DNA of 62,638 nucleotides, the filler included, from Nemertoderma westbladi (lineage: Eukaryota; Animalia; Xenacoelomorpha), in assembly GCA_032718475.1 (NCBI GenBank). It is 3 parts of 3 records of this genome, joined end to end, with 100 filler letters (N's around TTAATTAATTAA, not from the genome) between each part and the next. Parts side by side here need not be neighbours in the genome. Positions count along the whole stretch, not along the records: positions 1 to 14,498 come from JAUCBJ010003800.1; positions 14,599 to 44,743 come from JAUCBJ010003146.1; 1 more part is not named here. One strand, given 5' to 3'. The notes beneath the pieces are model-generated. The model ran no database searches. It was not told the origin of the DNA and worked only from the letters and a program-made list of their open reading frames with translations. How positions within the stretch are numbered: the first letter of the stretch is position 1; every line of letters starts with the position of its first letter. The translations under genes and the position numbers were made by a program. Shown one piece after another: positions 12,328 to 23,199 of this stretch.

Positions 12328-12425
12328 GATCCACAGATGACACGGACACTCCTGGTCTCTTTGTCCATGGCTCTCTGTTGGAAGCAGTGTGCGTCGCAGT
12401 CCCCATTCAGATGTATTGAGCGGCC
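12328..12425 (-). CDS. Upstream exon of the beta/gamma-crystallin domain protein
   Basis: ttacag acceptor and gttagt donor; GRSIHLNGDCDAHCFQQRAMDKETRSVRVICG(S). Splicing in phase 2 to 5852 gives SVRVICGSWILY, the canonical Greek-key junction. Confidence 0.75.
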
Positions 12426-12483
12426 CTGTAATAATAATAATTGCAACACAGATATACACAGTATATCTGTATTAAAGATATAA

Positions 12484-12520
12484 TTAACCCTTTGACGCCT
12501 GAAGCTGCAATTGAAACTGC
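12484..12520 (+). mobile_element. Possible piggyBac-type left terminus (orphan)
   Basis: TTAA followed by CCCTTTGACGCCTG; no matching right end was found before the gap. Confidence 0.3.
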
Positions 12521-12727
12521 ATGCTAGGGCTCTGAAAAAATTGTCAAAACATTATCCATGTAAAACAACATATATAGTAACACATATTTAGGTATACAAC
12601 ATATATTTGTATATAAATATATTATATACATAAAATAATATATATATATTTTTTTTTAATATATATATATATTTTTTTGATGTTATATTTAATACGATGA
12701 TACACGTTAATACGATGACGCTCTCAC

Positions 12728-14320
12728 GTGGCCCATAAACTACAAGGCGGCGCTGGACCGGATGGGGCAGATTCTGTTCATTGGCGTGATATGCTCCTCT
12801 ACAGAGGTGCCCAGAGTGAGCGACTACGTGAGGCAGTAGCTAGTCTTATCCGAAGGCTAGCCAATGGTAGTGTTGAATGGGTGAGTATACGAGCTCTCAT
12901 GGCTAGTAGACTGATTGCGTTAAACAAGTGTCCTGGGGTACGTCCAATAGGGATCGGGGAATCACTAAGACGGGTTATGGGGAAGTGTATGGCTGATGCA
13001 ACAGGTGGTGACGTGCAGGAACTCTGTGGTGTCGACCAACTGTGTAGTGGGTTGTCTGCTGGAATAGAGTCGGCAATACATGTCATTAGAGACCTCTGGG
13101 ATGAACACACTGGTCAGGGATGGGGAGTGTTATTAGTCGATGCGAAGAACGCTTTCAATTCCATCAATAGAATCACAGCTCTGTGGAATATTCGAATTTT
13201 CTGGCCTCGATGTGCTCGATTCTTTTTTAATACCTACCGAGGTTACTCAATTCTGGTTCTCCATGGGCCTTCCGGAACTCTCCATTTACTCAGCAGAGAA
13301 GGATTCACACAGGGAGACCCACTGTCAATGCTGGGATATGCTGTCGCTGTCTACCCCCTTATCCTAGAACTGAAATCTGATGAATATAATGGTTTGCAGA
13401 CGATTCAGAGAACGTGGGCGAATTGATAAAGCTTCAAGAGTGGTTCATTCTCCTCATAAAGCGTGGACCATCCTATGGGTATTTCCCAGAGCCTGATAAA
13501 TGCACCCTTGTCGTTGATAGTGGTGATGAGACAACTGCACTCCATTTATTCAGTGGACTCGGCATCAATGTGGATGGGAGTGGTGTGGTAAATGGTACCA
13601 GGACTCTGGGTGGATTCGTCGGTGATAACAGTCTCCTAAATCAGTATATATCTTCAAAGGTTTCCAAGTGGGAGGCTGACATAGAACGCCTTGCAGAGAT
13701 TGCCGTCAACCAACCACAAGCCGCCTACTCAGCCATAACACGCTCACTGCAATTTCAATGGGGATTTCTCCAGCAAGTGATGCCATCTAGCACAAAGGAA
13801 CTGTATACACCAATAGAGAACGCCTTGCGTGACAAGTTCCTTCCAGCGATTATGGGTGGTTCAGTTTCCAATGTGGAACGGAAGCTGCTTTCCTTACCAG
13901 TAGGCAAAGGTGGCTTGGGAATCCCTGATCCGACTCAGACAGCAACTACCTCACTAGAGACTTCTCGATCCGCAACGCAAGTGGCATGTGAAGCAATCAA
14001 AAGTCGATCAGAAATTAACTTTTATGAACATGGACGCTCCGTGAAGGAGGCACGGCAATCCCACTCCAAGCAGGCATGTGAACACGCCGACAACATCCTT
14101 GATTCGGTGCAGAACGAATTACCCCCATCTCGTCGACGAGCAGTTGGAAGGGCCTCATCATCGACTTTGAGTTGGCTGACAGCACTTCCACTCAAGTCAC
14201 AAAACTTCGATCTGGCAGCCAATGAGTTTAGCGATGGACTCTGTCTTCGCTATGGACGTCCTCTAGTGGATGCACCCACCAACTGTGATGGCTGCGGTTC
14301 AGCATTCACGCTCTCACACA
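12728..14320 (+). mobile_element. CRE-like (RLE-type) non-LTR retrotransposon RT region with one frameshift, truncated at the zinc-finger motif
   Basis: AGPDG, RLIALNKCPGVRPIGIGESLRR, LVDAKNAFN, EGFTQGDPLSM, WFADD at 13390-13404 (in the frame of the second ORF), LPVGKGGLGIPDP, WLTALP, CDGCG...H. Confidence 0.85.
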
Positions 14321-14498
14321 ATTTTCAGGTTGTACAGTTTGCAGGGTTATCAACACTATTTTACTATAGCTATATATATGTTTGTCTTCTGTCTTTCCTC
14401 CACTTTTTGGCCATATTTCATTAATATTCTGTGCAGGTTATTGTTATTGTTATTGTTATTTACCATTAATTAATAATCTTTATATATTTTAGAATACT

Positions 14499-14598
14499 NN
14501 NNNNNNNNNNNNNNNNNNNNNNNNNNNNNNNNNNNNNNNNNNTTAATTAATTAANNNNNNNNNNNNNNNNNNNNNNNNNNNNNNNNNNNNNNNNNNNN
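14499..14598. other. Artificial contig spacer (44 N + TTAATTAATTAA + 44 N)
   Basis: Exactly 100 nt with a six-frame stop linker; identical design at 44744-44843. Confidence 0.97.
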
Positions 14599-15118
14599 AC
14601 CGGAAAAGTATATTTGACCCGTTCTTTTTTTTCTGCCGTCTTAAAAATCGTTTTTCTCCAAAAATCGTGTTTTGAGAAATTAAACTAACCGCGTTTTCAT
14701 CTACAAGCATGTTATACAGCTGCCTGGATACCAGAATTTGAACTGAAAGATACCCAAATATATTCTAACTTAGAATTTCATATGCGAGAGGCATAATTAT
14801 AACTATTGTAATTTGGGAGCTTAAAAAAATGCTGAAATGATATTATAGGGTGTTTGCTTCGAATTAAGAGTAGGTGTCAAATTTTTTTAATCTATTCAAA
14901 TAATAATACTGTTGCAGGGTGGACATTAATTATACTTGGAAATTTAGGTTGAGGTTTTGGTAAATAGTGCAAATTATAATTCAAAAATCTGAGATAAACA
15001 GCTCATAATTTGTGTATTGGTTGCTTGGAAACGTCACCATGGGAGATGGTTTCAGATTACCATTCCGTGAATATAAAATACTCGAACTCAACTCTGGGCA
15101 TTTGATTATAATTACAAT

Positions 15119-15360
15119 TTAATGCTGCCAAAGCACAAGATTGTGCACAGGCTGGTCCTCACGGCGAAAGAAATGTCCTGCAAAGTGGAGGCGGCTTCGT
15201 TCTAGTGTCAAGCTTGGAGGAACCAATGAGACAGAGACACCTCCAATGTTATATAGTATTTGGTTGGAGATGTGTGCATTATACTTGACAAAGTGAACCC
15301 GACGTAGCATTATCAATGCTGCCCATGCCTTTCCCCTACGTCTTCGAAGGTCCTCACCTT
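15119..15360 (-). mobile_element. RTE 3' fragment, same family as 966-2700, with an internal deletion
   Basis: Aligns to about 1175-1365 joined to about 1520-1565 (RLHFAGHFFRREDQPVHNLVLWQ). Confidence 0.85.
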
Positions 15361-15859
15361 AACACAACTAAGCAGGATTCAATTGTTTCTAGTGTTTTTG
15401 TTGTTAAACTGGCAAAATAGGAGGTGTATTAAATTGTAAATGAATTAAAATTGAAAATGTATTAATTTGGATGTATCACTGTGGACGAGAGACACGATTT
15501 TATGCATATAGTGAAGTCATCAGCAGTACTCCATCATTATTGGTCAGTTTCTAAAAGAGAGCCTTCCAACCAGCCAGGCGATCAGTTGCCATGACCGTGG
15601 GTTGGCGACACATATTAAACTTTATGCTAAATATACAAAGTCGACAATGACGCCCAGGAGTGATAGAACTGGTGACCTCCGTGTCTACGACTAATGAAAC
15701 GACTCATTCACCCATAACACCAATAATAAATAAGCTTTATGGATCTCGTGACTCACTCAAAAATCCTACCCTGCTTTGTTTGGTTGTGTGGAGTAAATTA
15801 TAAAACTAAAAATACTTTTCAATGAAACTACCTACTTACCTTTTTTCTGTTGTTTTCAG

Positions 15860-16016
15860 CTACCAATAGAGTGGTTGGCGACCTTCTGTGTATCTGTGGT
15901 GCGGCTCTTTACGGCGTGTCTAATGTCGCTCAGGAATTCTCCATTCGTCGGTTTAATTTCGTTGAATTTCTCGGAATGATTGGAATTTTCGGTTCAGTGT
16001 TCAGCGCTATTCAACT
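15860..16016 (+). CDS. SLC35F1/2: SLC35F1/F2-like transporter, internal exon (first visible)
   Basis: ttttcag / gttagt boundaries; GDLLCICGAALYGVSNVAQEF...EFLGMIGIFGSVFSAIQL matches SLC35F GD.L...GA.LY.ISNV.EE...EFLGM.GLFG..ISGIQL. Confidence 0.9.
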
Positions 16017-16666
16017 GTTAGTAATTATATTTATGATATTGTATTATCATTGTGTAAAGTACCACCCACGTCACAAGTTTTGTTGTTTGGTATCTTATTG
16101 ATTGAGGCTTTCCCAACATTTAGTTGGCGTGGGCAGGGCGAGCTGTAAAGTCCCGCCTGCACCATATATTTCTAGGAAGCGTCAACAATTAATTTACCAC
16201 GCAACAGTTACAAGCCTAATTAATTTCATAATTTTATAGTTCTAGTTATCCATTGATCTATTAATATAGTTATTCTATTATATAGCTTTTTATCATTAAA
16301 TAAATGCTATCAGGATATTGTACAGGTGCACTGCACTGCACTGCACAGTGTACACTGTTATCTGGATGTGCATAGTACCCAGCTAATGGCAATTGAGTAT
16401 CACTGTTTTTTTCTGCTATCTTTTAATAACAGCTGTACGGTGCATTATCCGGGCTACCTTTTTCCTAAAATAAATATTCAACATTTTTACAGGATTCTTT
16501 TTCACCACAGGGGCAAAAATTGCCATTTTAAAACCTGAAAAGTTCTTCTAATGAGCGATAAAGAATAGCAATTTATGTATACAATTATTTTATAATAGAC
16601 GATTAGTTATTCCCCGAGGTAGCATTATTATTCCAGCAAGTAATTCACTGTTTTATTTCCCTATAG

Positions 16667-16874
16667 CGGAGTTTTAGAACACAATGAATTATCCAACCTC
16701 TCTGTTGATTGGCGGGTCGGGTTGCTTCTGGCCTCTTTCACTCTGTTTTTATTCACTCTGTATGTTGTAATGCCCTGGGCCATCCTCAGCTCTAACGCTA
16801 TCGCAGTCAACCTTGGTCTCCTCACTGCCGACCTTTATACAATGTTTATAGGAATCTTTGTGTTTAACGATCAA
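16667..16874 (+). CDS. SLC35F1/2: SLC35F1/F2-like exon
   Basis: ctatag / gttagt boundaries, phase-compatible; GVLEHNEL...DWRVGLL...LYVVMPWAI...AVNLGLLTADLYTMFIGIFVFNDQ. Confidence 0.9.
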
Positions 16875-17596
16875 GTTAGTAATATATTATAGTACCTAAT
16901 TTAATATAAGTAGTAATAAATATATATATATACTTTTTTTTAATAATTATTTTTTACTCTAATATGACTTTAATAATATATAATTTTTAAGTTTAATGCT
17001 GAATAAATAATAATAATAATAATGAAACCAATTTACAATAAAGATAATATTTATATTGCATTGCTATTTTAAGCATTGGTTACTTTTTTTTCATTGCATT
17101 GCTTTGTAATATCTAATACATATTTTGTATTTTCTGTTCTTAGGCTACTTTATTTATTTTATATCCTATTGGAGGTGTGGGGTCCCCCCCCCCCCCCCCC
17201 CCCCCCCCTAATACATTAAACTCTAAATTCATGGAGAATCTGCAGATAATTATAGTAAAGCTATTAATCTTGGTAAACTAAACTACCTTTACTTCGATCT
17301 TTTTGTTATTTCATTCGCTCCTTTCGCTCGTTTGCGTAAATATTCACACATAAGTCCGGCCTGAGTTAAAGTTTTACTTTATATACGGGTCAATGCCAAC
17401 CATATTGACCAAGTCACGAACGGGACAAAAAATATACAAAAATGTAAATCATTCGAGAATGAATGGTCGGTTGGCTTTGACACAACACATAATAATTAAT
17501 TCATATTTCTGAAATTATTTTTCCATTTCTGTGTTTAAATCGTATCGATAGCACTTTATTTCATTTCTTTTGCACTTTATTTCATTTCTTTTGCAG

Positions 17597-17719
17597 TATA
17601 ATCTTTTGTACTTTATTTCGTACGTTGCCATTCTCATCGGGCTTATAATCTATTTCTCGGTGGAAATATCACCCCAGCCGAGACCCAGTATGGTTGCAGA
17701 TTACAGACAATTTACTGAG
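17597..17719 (+). CDS. SLC35F1/2: SLC35F1/F2-like exon (last transmembrane helix)
   Basis: ttgcag / gttagt boundaries, 41 codons; YNLLYFISYVAILIGLIIYFSVEISPQPRPSMVADYRQFTE. Confidence 0.85.
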
Positions 17720-18046
17720 GTTAGTGTAGCAACTTAATAGTTATAGCAGACATCTACTTAGCATATACATATTATTAGTTAGGAAAGCTATCCAATTAGC
17801 TTGCTGCATGCTGGTTATGTTTTATTTTTCTTATTAAAAATGACTAAGCCTATAAACAAGTTATTATTTTACACAAAATTTCATATTTCGTCATTCTTGC
17901 GTCACTTTCATTTAACTGTAATTTAATTAATTATTGTTCAATTAATTTAAGTATTTAATATCTTCCAAACTAGTGTACGTATTGTACCGAACTAAACTAA
18001 ACTCACCTCTAAAACTTACCTAAATATTTTTACTGAATTGTGTCTT

Positions 18047-18300
18047 TAAAAAAAAGCAAAAGCAAACAGTCGGCCGAAGCCGGAGGCGACCCGAAGGCTC
18101 CTCTTTCGATAGCTGCTACCCGAGGGTATGGGTGGGCGCTACCCCTATCCCAAGATTTGCTCCCAGTTATTTAACTGGTACTCATTTTATCGACCCCAGT
18201 GGATGAAAGGCTGAGTGGACCCTGGCGGGGCTGAACCTACAACCAATAGATTGTAGGCCCGGCGCTCAACCAAATGAGCTACCCCGCGTCTACCGCGCCT
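18047..18300 (-). mobile_element. tRNA-derived SINE with Nin/Deu-like central domain
   Basis: On the - strand: A box TAGCTCATTTGG, B-box-like GGTTCAGCCC, then ACTCAGCCTTTCATCC...GGGGTCGATAAAATGAGTACC and a T-rich tail; TSD ATTGTGTCTT at 18037-18046 and 18301-18310. Confidence 0.85.
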
Positions 18301-18689
18301 ATTGTGTCTTACTGTTTACATATTGGCTGTATGGGGAAGAGTCAGCAAATTCCTGGAAATTTTATATTTTATACATTTTTGTTGAATAATAATGATTTTC
18401 CTCCACTGCTAGATCGATGGACCAATTAATAATTGTGGGTCGAGCCTTATTATTCGACTGCGACATATATTGTCTGCTGGACAATCGCCGCAGTTGTAGT
18501 GAAAATATTTGTTCTTTATAAAAACCTCCTCAATAAATAGTTATTTTTATACCAACTATCCGTCGGTCTTCAAAGTTTATTTAAGTTAGTAGAGTTTCAT
18601 ACTGAGGCCAAAGTAACAAACCGAAATGTCTTAAAAATCGTAATGACCGTTTAAGCCCGTTAGATGGCGCTGTATTCTCGCCCATTTAG

Positions 18690-18857
18690 ATAAACGACCC
18701 GCTTTACGAGGAGGATTTGTCCCCGGACACACCGCTGGAGTGGGACCCGCAGGGTGAGGTTGGGTTCACCTCGGCCGCCCTGGACACCCGACCCAGACTC
18801 AGTCTGCTCAGCTCCATACCGGAAGACCCAGACTCAGTGACGGGGTTGGCAGATGAG
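18690..18857 (+). CDS. SLC35F1/2: SLC35F1/F2-like exon (acidic cytoplasmic tail)
   Basis: atttag / gttagt boundaries, 56 open codons, GC-rich against the AT background; INDPLYEEDLSPDTPLEWDP...GLADE. Confidence 0.7.
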
Positions 18858-19614
18858 GTTAGTTAGTTGCTAGGTAACAATTCTAAACTGTCAATTTCCA
18901 GATGTAGAATCAGACAAAGTGTGTGTAAGGAGGGGAGGGGGGGGGGGGGGTGGGGGTGGTAATTTTCTTGTTCTTTTACTATTAATTCACTAACTGCTAT
19001 TTATATTGATTCATCATTAATTGTTCAAATTGTGTCAATTTATCAGAAACTATTGCGTGCAGATTAATGACTGAAAGTGAAACAAATCTTGTTTAACTAA
19101 AGCTTTGTTTTAAATTAATTATTTAAATTAATTAATTTAATTAAAAATTTAATTAATTTAATTAAAAATTTAATTAATTTAATTAAAAATTTAATTAATT
19201 TTAAATTAATTTTAATTATTAAAGTCGCGACTTTATTATTTTAGTCGCGACTTTATTCGTATTAAAGTCGCGATTTTGATTGGATACTTCGCTTCTCCAC
19301 CTTATTATAAGGCTTAGGCAATTATAAGCAGGAGAACATTGGTTGGTTAGAGTTGGATATTGTTATCTTGTTACTCAGTGCCGTAATGCTCTCTACTCTA
19401 GCATATAGATAGGCGGTGTATGATACCGGTCAAGTCAACAATTACTGCTACCGGTATGCAAAATGTAGGTCTACTGTACTGTATTATTTAATGGAAAGGT
19501 ACTGGCCCGGCCGATTGGGAATTACGCAGCTTGGCATCGGTACCGGTACAGGTATATTACGGAAGGCTATACTACTACTACTAGGATCGGCATGCTGCAT
19601 TGCAGCTGCATTTT

Positions 19615-19903
19615 TAAGAATGCCGTGCCGGCTTGACGACTCAATTGTGGCGCCACAATTCCACAAATCACCCATGATGTTTGCTAGATCATCCGCATCT
19701 TCAAGGTCAGTGTCCTTTAAGATGCGTAGAAAGTCATGGGCTGTCACCATGCTTATTCACTCCATTGAGGCTGCCAAAGCACAAGATTATGCACTGGCTG
19801 GTCCTCACGGCGAAAGCAATGTCCTGCAAAGCGGTGGCGGTTCCGTTCTAGTGTCAAGCTTGGGGGAACCAATGAGACACCTCCAATGTTATATAGTGTC
19901 TGG
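19615..19903 (-). mobile_element. Third RTE 3' fragment of the 966-2700 family
   Basis: Aligns to about 1027-1313 (FLRILKDTDLEDADDLANIMGD). Confidence 0.85.
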
Positions 19904-20899
19904 CATGCGCCCCCTTACAGTGGATTAAAATGTGGATTTTCATGCAAGCCTTCCTGCAAAATTTGGCTTGTTCGTACACACACCCCCTCACGTCTCAACC
20001 CCTTACATTAAAAAGTAATCTGAATTTCTAACAATTTGTAACACAATCTGAATTTCGTTGAAAAATATCTGAGTTATGGGAGTTCGAAACACTAATTTAT
20101 CTCACACAAGTAGCTGGGCAACAATGGACTATATTACGTATATTAGTACTTTAGTTCGCTATTCATATATACATAAATGAAATGCTCAGGAATACATGTA
20201 TAATATTGGGTAGGAAAAGTACAATATTTTTAATATGCTGTGTTTTTTTAAAGAAAAATAAATGGATTAGGTTTTCTGCTTTTGATAGGTTGGAATTCCG
20301 GCACAGGTTGTGGCGTGATGCTTGTTTGATGCTACAGAAAAGGCAGACGCACGTAGGCGTAGCTCTCCAACAGTTTCTACTTCGACAAATCTTATGTAAA
20401 TATAGATTTGCTAGTGGCGAAATCGCAAGTCAAAATTTAAATCTTAAGTTTAATTTTAAATGAAAAATCCAATTTTGAATAAAAGGAAAGTTATCTAGGA
20501 ATAAAACCGTCAATTTTAAAACCGTGAAAAGTTTATAATTATATTTATTTATTTATATTCGTACATGGCAAATCAAATATATATATATTATGAATAATGC
20601 ACAGTACACCAATAATGAAAGTAATGGTTATATAACCTAGCACAAAAGTCTATATTAGGTAAGTAATATAATACAACTAAAATTAATAAGAGGAATGATT
20701 AACGCTTAATAAGATGAGACGTTGAACATTTGAAGTCGATAGTATTCCCAAGATCCTCACGAACCCAAGGTAGGTATAGACCATTAACAACAATTTTAAC
20801 GTTGGGGGGATTCCAGACAACATTGAAAGGTATACATTTTGATTTACTTTTATTCGGATCTATGTCTGTGCTGAGGCGAAGATTGTAACGACGACAGAA

Positions 20900-21000
20900 C
20901 GTAAGACATATGTACCATAAATTGTAAACCTACTACCGATGGATAAAGAAGCAAAATGTCGTCCGCGTAAACTAGCACTCCATAAAAAACAGAACCAATA
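20900..21000 (-). mobile_element. LINE RT catalytic fragment
   Basis: FYGVLVYADDILLLYPSVVGLQFMV. Confidence 0.7.
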
Positions 21001-22127
21001 TTCGGAAATATATCGATATTCGGAAAGCCCTGAAAATTCTGCATCTAATAGGCCTAAAAACGCAAAATCGACCATGTGGTCCCCAGGTCCCTGTTCTCGC
21101 AACCAGCCACATTTGTAAGAAATAATTAATATAACACCGTGTCTGGTCCTTTATCAATAAAATACAGTTTCTGAGTAAATTGGTAAAATAAGTAATTTTA
21201 AAGGCAGGATTTATAACTGCAGCAACAAGGAGTGAGGCTACTACTCGAAAGGGATGTACAGTCATTATTGTGCTGCAGTGTTTCGCTCAGTTGTGTCTGT
21301 GAAATTAAACGTTGCTGAAGTAGATTGGAATCTTTAGCACATTCTAAACCAAGAGAGTTGTCTGGTGCGTTAGATGAGTTTATCAGTTCAAAACATGCCA
21401 TAGAATGATTCAACTGTCCATTTAGTTCTTGTAAATAAGCACCCGTGACAGCTCGTGAACTACCCACACCACCATTTAAAACATTTAGACATGCGTTATA
21501 CGTGGATCTAATTCTGGAAATAAAGTCCTCAGCCATAATTACATAAGGAATATGCAACCAGTAACCTCTGTTAAATTGCCTTAGAGCCAGACTGTCCCAT
21601 TTATACTGTACTGCACAGCTAGCACATGGCCTAGGCCAGTTGTGTTGCATGCTGCCCTGAAAGACAACTTCAGATATAAGGACAGCCTATTTACTTTCAA
21701 TTTCCGTCTATCTATACCTGCATGCTAGCAGAAGTGCATTACGGTACTGAGTAACAAGATAACAATATCCAACTCTAACCAACCAATGTTCTCCTGCTTA
21801 TAATTGCCTAAGCCTTATAATAAGGTGGAGAAGCGAAGTATCCAATCAAAGTCGCGACTTTAATACGAATAAAGTCGCGACTAAAATAATAAAGTCGCGA
21901 CTTTAATAATAGAGTCGCGACAATATTCGTGAATATATAGCATGAAAGTTGGGACGAATATAATTACCGAATAGAAATACAAAATGTATGCCATACACCG
22001 GTACCTTAGCGGGGTAGGTAAACCCCGAGAATCACATAAACCTGCAAAACAGCTCTGAGATACATCTCGACACCGACACAGTTAGTGTTCAGTGATTGAA
22101 ATCCCCAAATAAATTTTGAACCCAAAT

Positions 22128-22542
22128 TAGTGTTTAAACGGGATCAGACATTTCAGGATTTCCTGGATCGGGATCGGGATTATCGCTCTCGGGATCCCGA
22201 TTTACGGGATCGGGATTGCAATTTTGGATCAAATTCGTCAAAGTTAATAATATGTGGCGGGTTTTGGGTAACACTCACTTGATCTTACACTTCTAAAATA
22301 TTAGTAAGATAAAGTTATATTAAATTTATTTTGCAAGTGATTACTGGATTGTTTACTGACATTCAATTCGATATAATCTAAACATTTCCGTTCTGCTGCA
22401 ATTATTTATCAGATATTGAAGAAATTAACTTAACTACTTATTTATTCTTCGGGATCCCGTTCCAAAAAAAGTCGGGATCGCGACCGGGATTGCATTTTTC
22501 GCTGAGATCCCGGCTTTTCGGGACCGGGATATACCAAACATA
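22128..22542. mobile_element. hAT-like MITE with CGGGAT subterminal repeats
   Basis: Ends TAGTGTTT / AAACATA; TSD ACCCAAAT / AACCAAAT (7 of 8); many CGGGAT and ATCCCG motifs. Confidence 0.55.
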
Positions 22543-23199
22543 AACCAAATTAATAATATATTCAAAGTAGTAAGTTAGCACGTCTTGAAATAGCTATAAC
22601 AGCTATCAAACTTCAACCGTATGAATTATACTCTGCGAGCGCAGGGACATGTGATCTTTTGCGAAAAACATATTTCCGATAAAGATAAATAGTCAGGTCG
22701 CTTAACTTAAAAATGAGGAGGTTTCTAGATAAAGGAGCCCTAATAATAATTATTGGTCCACTAATTAGCTAATTACCGCTCCTTTCATTTTTTAAAAGGG
22801 ACCAGGATAGCAACATAGTTTATGCCTCCCATATTCCTTGAGACCAGGAGGTTATTCACAGAAGTCCACGGGTTTGTGTTCCCTAGTATTCTGAGCTTCA
22901 CCTACCCCAAATATCAGCATCCGAGATTCAATTACGGTCGTTTTTAAATCGGCCGCGATTGGTGACATTGTCATTCAAACCAAAACTAATAAACTATTTG
23001 TACCGGGATGAATTCAGAGAGCATGGCAATTGGTTTTTTGTTTTAATACGCATTTAATTTTAATTTTTTACTTCATATCCGCTTTATTTTTACTCGATGA
23101 CTCGTTTAACTTGGATTCCTACTTTGGTTTTGGACTGGTTTTCTCATAATCGCAAATTTATCCATTGCAGTACTGTACTTAGCGCCTTGAAATCCTGTA

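Larger units (their letters stand above)
19215..21921. mobile_element. Long-TIR foldback/Mutator-like non-autonomous element with cargo
   Basis: About 175-bp near-perfect inverted repeats (19215-19390 vs 21736-21910) with tandem AAAGTCGCGACTTT palindromes; left tip eroded, TSD not readable. Confidence 0.75.

Noticed and set aside
14543-14554. TTAATTAATTAA as a biological palindrome
   Set aside because: Centred in N runs at both gaps; it is an assembly linker.
18215-18295. tRNA gene
   Set aside because: The tRNA-like part is the head of a SINE with body, tail and TSD; the cloverleaf is imperfect.
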